In this document: positions 62,512 to 64,000 of the stretch, piece by piece
How positions within the stretch are numbered: the first letter of the stretch is position 1
How the letters are laid out: every line of letters starts with the position of its first letter
DNA from: Selaginella moellendorffii
Lineage: Eukaryota; Plantae; Lycopodiophyta
DNA length: 64,000 nucleotides
Reading direction: 5' to 3'
Assembly: GCF_000143415.4 (NCBI RefSeq)
Contig: NW_003314269.1
Location: 2,907,060 to 2,971,059 of the forward strand
Made by a program: the position numbers and the translations under genes
Notes under the pieces: model-generated
What the model was told of the DNA's origin: nothing
Database searches by the model: none
What the model saw: the letters and a program-made list of their open reading frames with translations, nothing else

Positions 62512-63644
62512 CCTCGCCAATCCAAAACCGTGTCTTCGTCGCTCTCGTCATCGCTTGATAATTCGTCAAGTAAGTTCTCTGGCTTCTTTGGCTTTGAGCC
62601 TCCCGACTTGGTCTCGTCGCGTAACTCGAGCTTTCGTTTCTTAAGCATCTCAACGCGTTCCATACAAACGCTGGAAAAAAACAGAGAGAAAGAAAATCAG
62701 AGTTGTGAAAACCCAGAGCAAGAGTCTAGCTCTACCTTTGCTCAATTTCTTCTTCCTCGTGTCGGATTTCTGCTGCTTCAACCTGGATAAATCTATGAGC
62801 GAAAGAGAAATCCACACAAAAGAATACGTACCTCCTCTTCCCGGTGCCTATCATCGACTGCCTTGACATCCTCCTCTATAAGCTTGTGGAAATGGTCCAG
62901 CTCCTCCCTAGACGCAGAAACCTTTTAGCTTCACACCCAAAACCTGGCAAATACGTACTGCATGTTGATCTTAGGCGCTTCTACTCCTCGAGCCTTCATG
63001 TCCGCGGCCGCATTGTCAAAGAAGCCTTCAGGCAAGGGTCCAGTCGTATCCTTGCTTTGAGCAGGAGGAGCTTCACCATTGCTTGGTTTCCGGTTAGAAT
63101 CGGCTGCAAAGTTAGCTATCTCTCAGTCACGGCATCAAAAGATCACAACTAGGCTTGTCTCACCTCGCTGAGAGTCACCTTTTACTGCCTCCGATTTATT
63201 CCCATTTTGCTCGGCTTTTTGCGCTACTGAGGTCGATCGAGTTGGCTCGGCAGTAGCGGCAGCGGCTTTCAATCGCTTTGCTCGCTCTTTCAACTCATCG
63301 GCAGCCTGCAGAAGAAAAGGATTTTTTTTCCCACTCTCAGCCACCCTGCACAGTGAGAAACTTACTTACGCTAAAACGCGAAAGAAATTTCTCTCTCGGC
63401 TTACTTCTTTGTGCTGTTGAGATGCGAGATGAGCTCCCCAAAGAGCCTCCGTCTTGATCGATATGTTACAGACTTTACAAACAAGCTGCCCGAGATCATT
63501 GTACCTGAGAAAGAAAGAAAATCACTCAGATACTCGCTCTTTCTCAATGATTTCGTACCTCGCCAGAGGTGAATCGATCTTCTCCTTGCGCTCCTCCGCC
63601 TGCCGCAGCCGCGACCGGAACATCGCCTTCCTGGTCGCGTCCAT
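62502..63644 (-). CDS. Zinc finger protein 830/CCDC16-like (Arabidopsis ARS1-like)
   Basis: MDATRKAMFRSRL..KIDSPLARYNDLGQLVCKVCNISIKTEALWGAHLASQQHKE; LPEGFFDN; C-terminal LDWR. Confidence 0.85.
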
Positions 63645-63691
63645 TCCTCGCGCAGAGAAATTGTAAGAACCCTAAAAACGCAACCCTAAAA

Positions 63692-64000
63692 ATGGAGCCC
63701 TTGTCAGGTGAAGAGCTCAAAGAGGAGCTCTTCTTGTCCTTCCAATCCGCTGGGATTCTCGGGCGTGTCAAGGTTCTTGTCACGCTGATCGCCACGATTT
63801 CCATGGCTAAAATGCCCGCATTCTTTGTGGTTTTCCTTTTCTCTTTCTCTAGAGCCAGCTGCGATCGGCATTGATTCACAAGCTCCGGGGAGACGACCAT
63901 TCGCTGTTTGATCCATCGATGCGGGCAAGGCCATCGCTCCAGGATCGGATCTTAGCGAGCACGTTTGTGGAGTATCTGGAGGCCTACGGCTTTAAGTTCA
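63692..64000 (+). CDS. OFD1-like centriolar protein (TOF/LisH N-terminus; FOP/TON1/OFD1 family), 5' part only
   Basis: MEPLSGEELKEELFLSFQSAGILGRVK|SQLRSALIHKL..ILASTFVEYLEAYGFKF matches the OFD1 pattern (EL.KKLY..F...GIL..LK.QLR..LIH.L..LisH); intron ~63773-63852. Confidence 0.7.

Overview
Gene-dense nuclear DNA from a seed-free vascular plant. The evidence is very short GT-AG introns (mostly ~50-80 nt), tiny intergenic spacers, PLS-PPR genes built from 31-aa SS repeats, a nuclear murC and an OFD1-like centriolar gene. These point to a lycophyte, most likely Selaginella (inference). In order, the window holds: a PPR pseudogene, an amaranthin-amaranthin-aerolysin toxin-like gene, a decayed coiled-coil gene, PPR / tRNA-Phe / PPR, a proline-rich membrane protein, callose synthase (CalS5-like), a frameshifted TM-protein paralog, murC, an ERF group X factor, an ankyrin protein, quinolinate synthase (SufE-NadA), an OPT transporter, an AGP-like TM protein, TMEM205-like, BRCT-PHD, an S-protein-homolog pseudogene, a tiny GPI-type peptide, 2-alkenal reductase plus a scrambled inverted duplicate, an LRK10L/WAKL kinase, an AKRP/EMB506-like gene, an orphan ORF, a REVEILLE clock MYB, a KH protein, PPR and FBL3-like relics, MED28, ZNF830-like and the start of OFD1-like. 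The best leads are: (i) co-directional genes with almost no spacer (56 bp and 101 bp), and a tRNA-Phe wedged between two PPR genes, suggesting di/polycistronic transcripts; (ii) a palindromic pair of evening elements just upstream of the REVEILLE gene; (iii) only 47 bp between the ZNF830 and OFD1 start codons; (iv) an inverted duplicate of the reductase that could make dsRNA. Exon boundaries were read by eye and family names come from recognising motifs, not from database searches.
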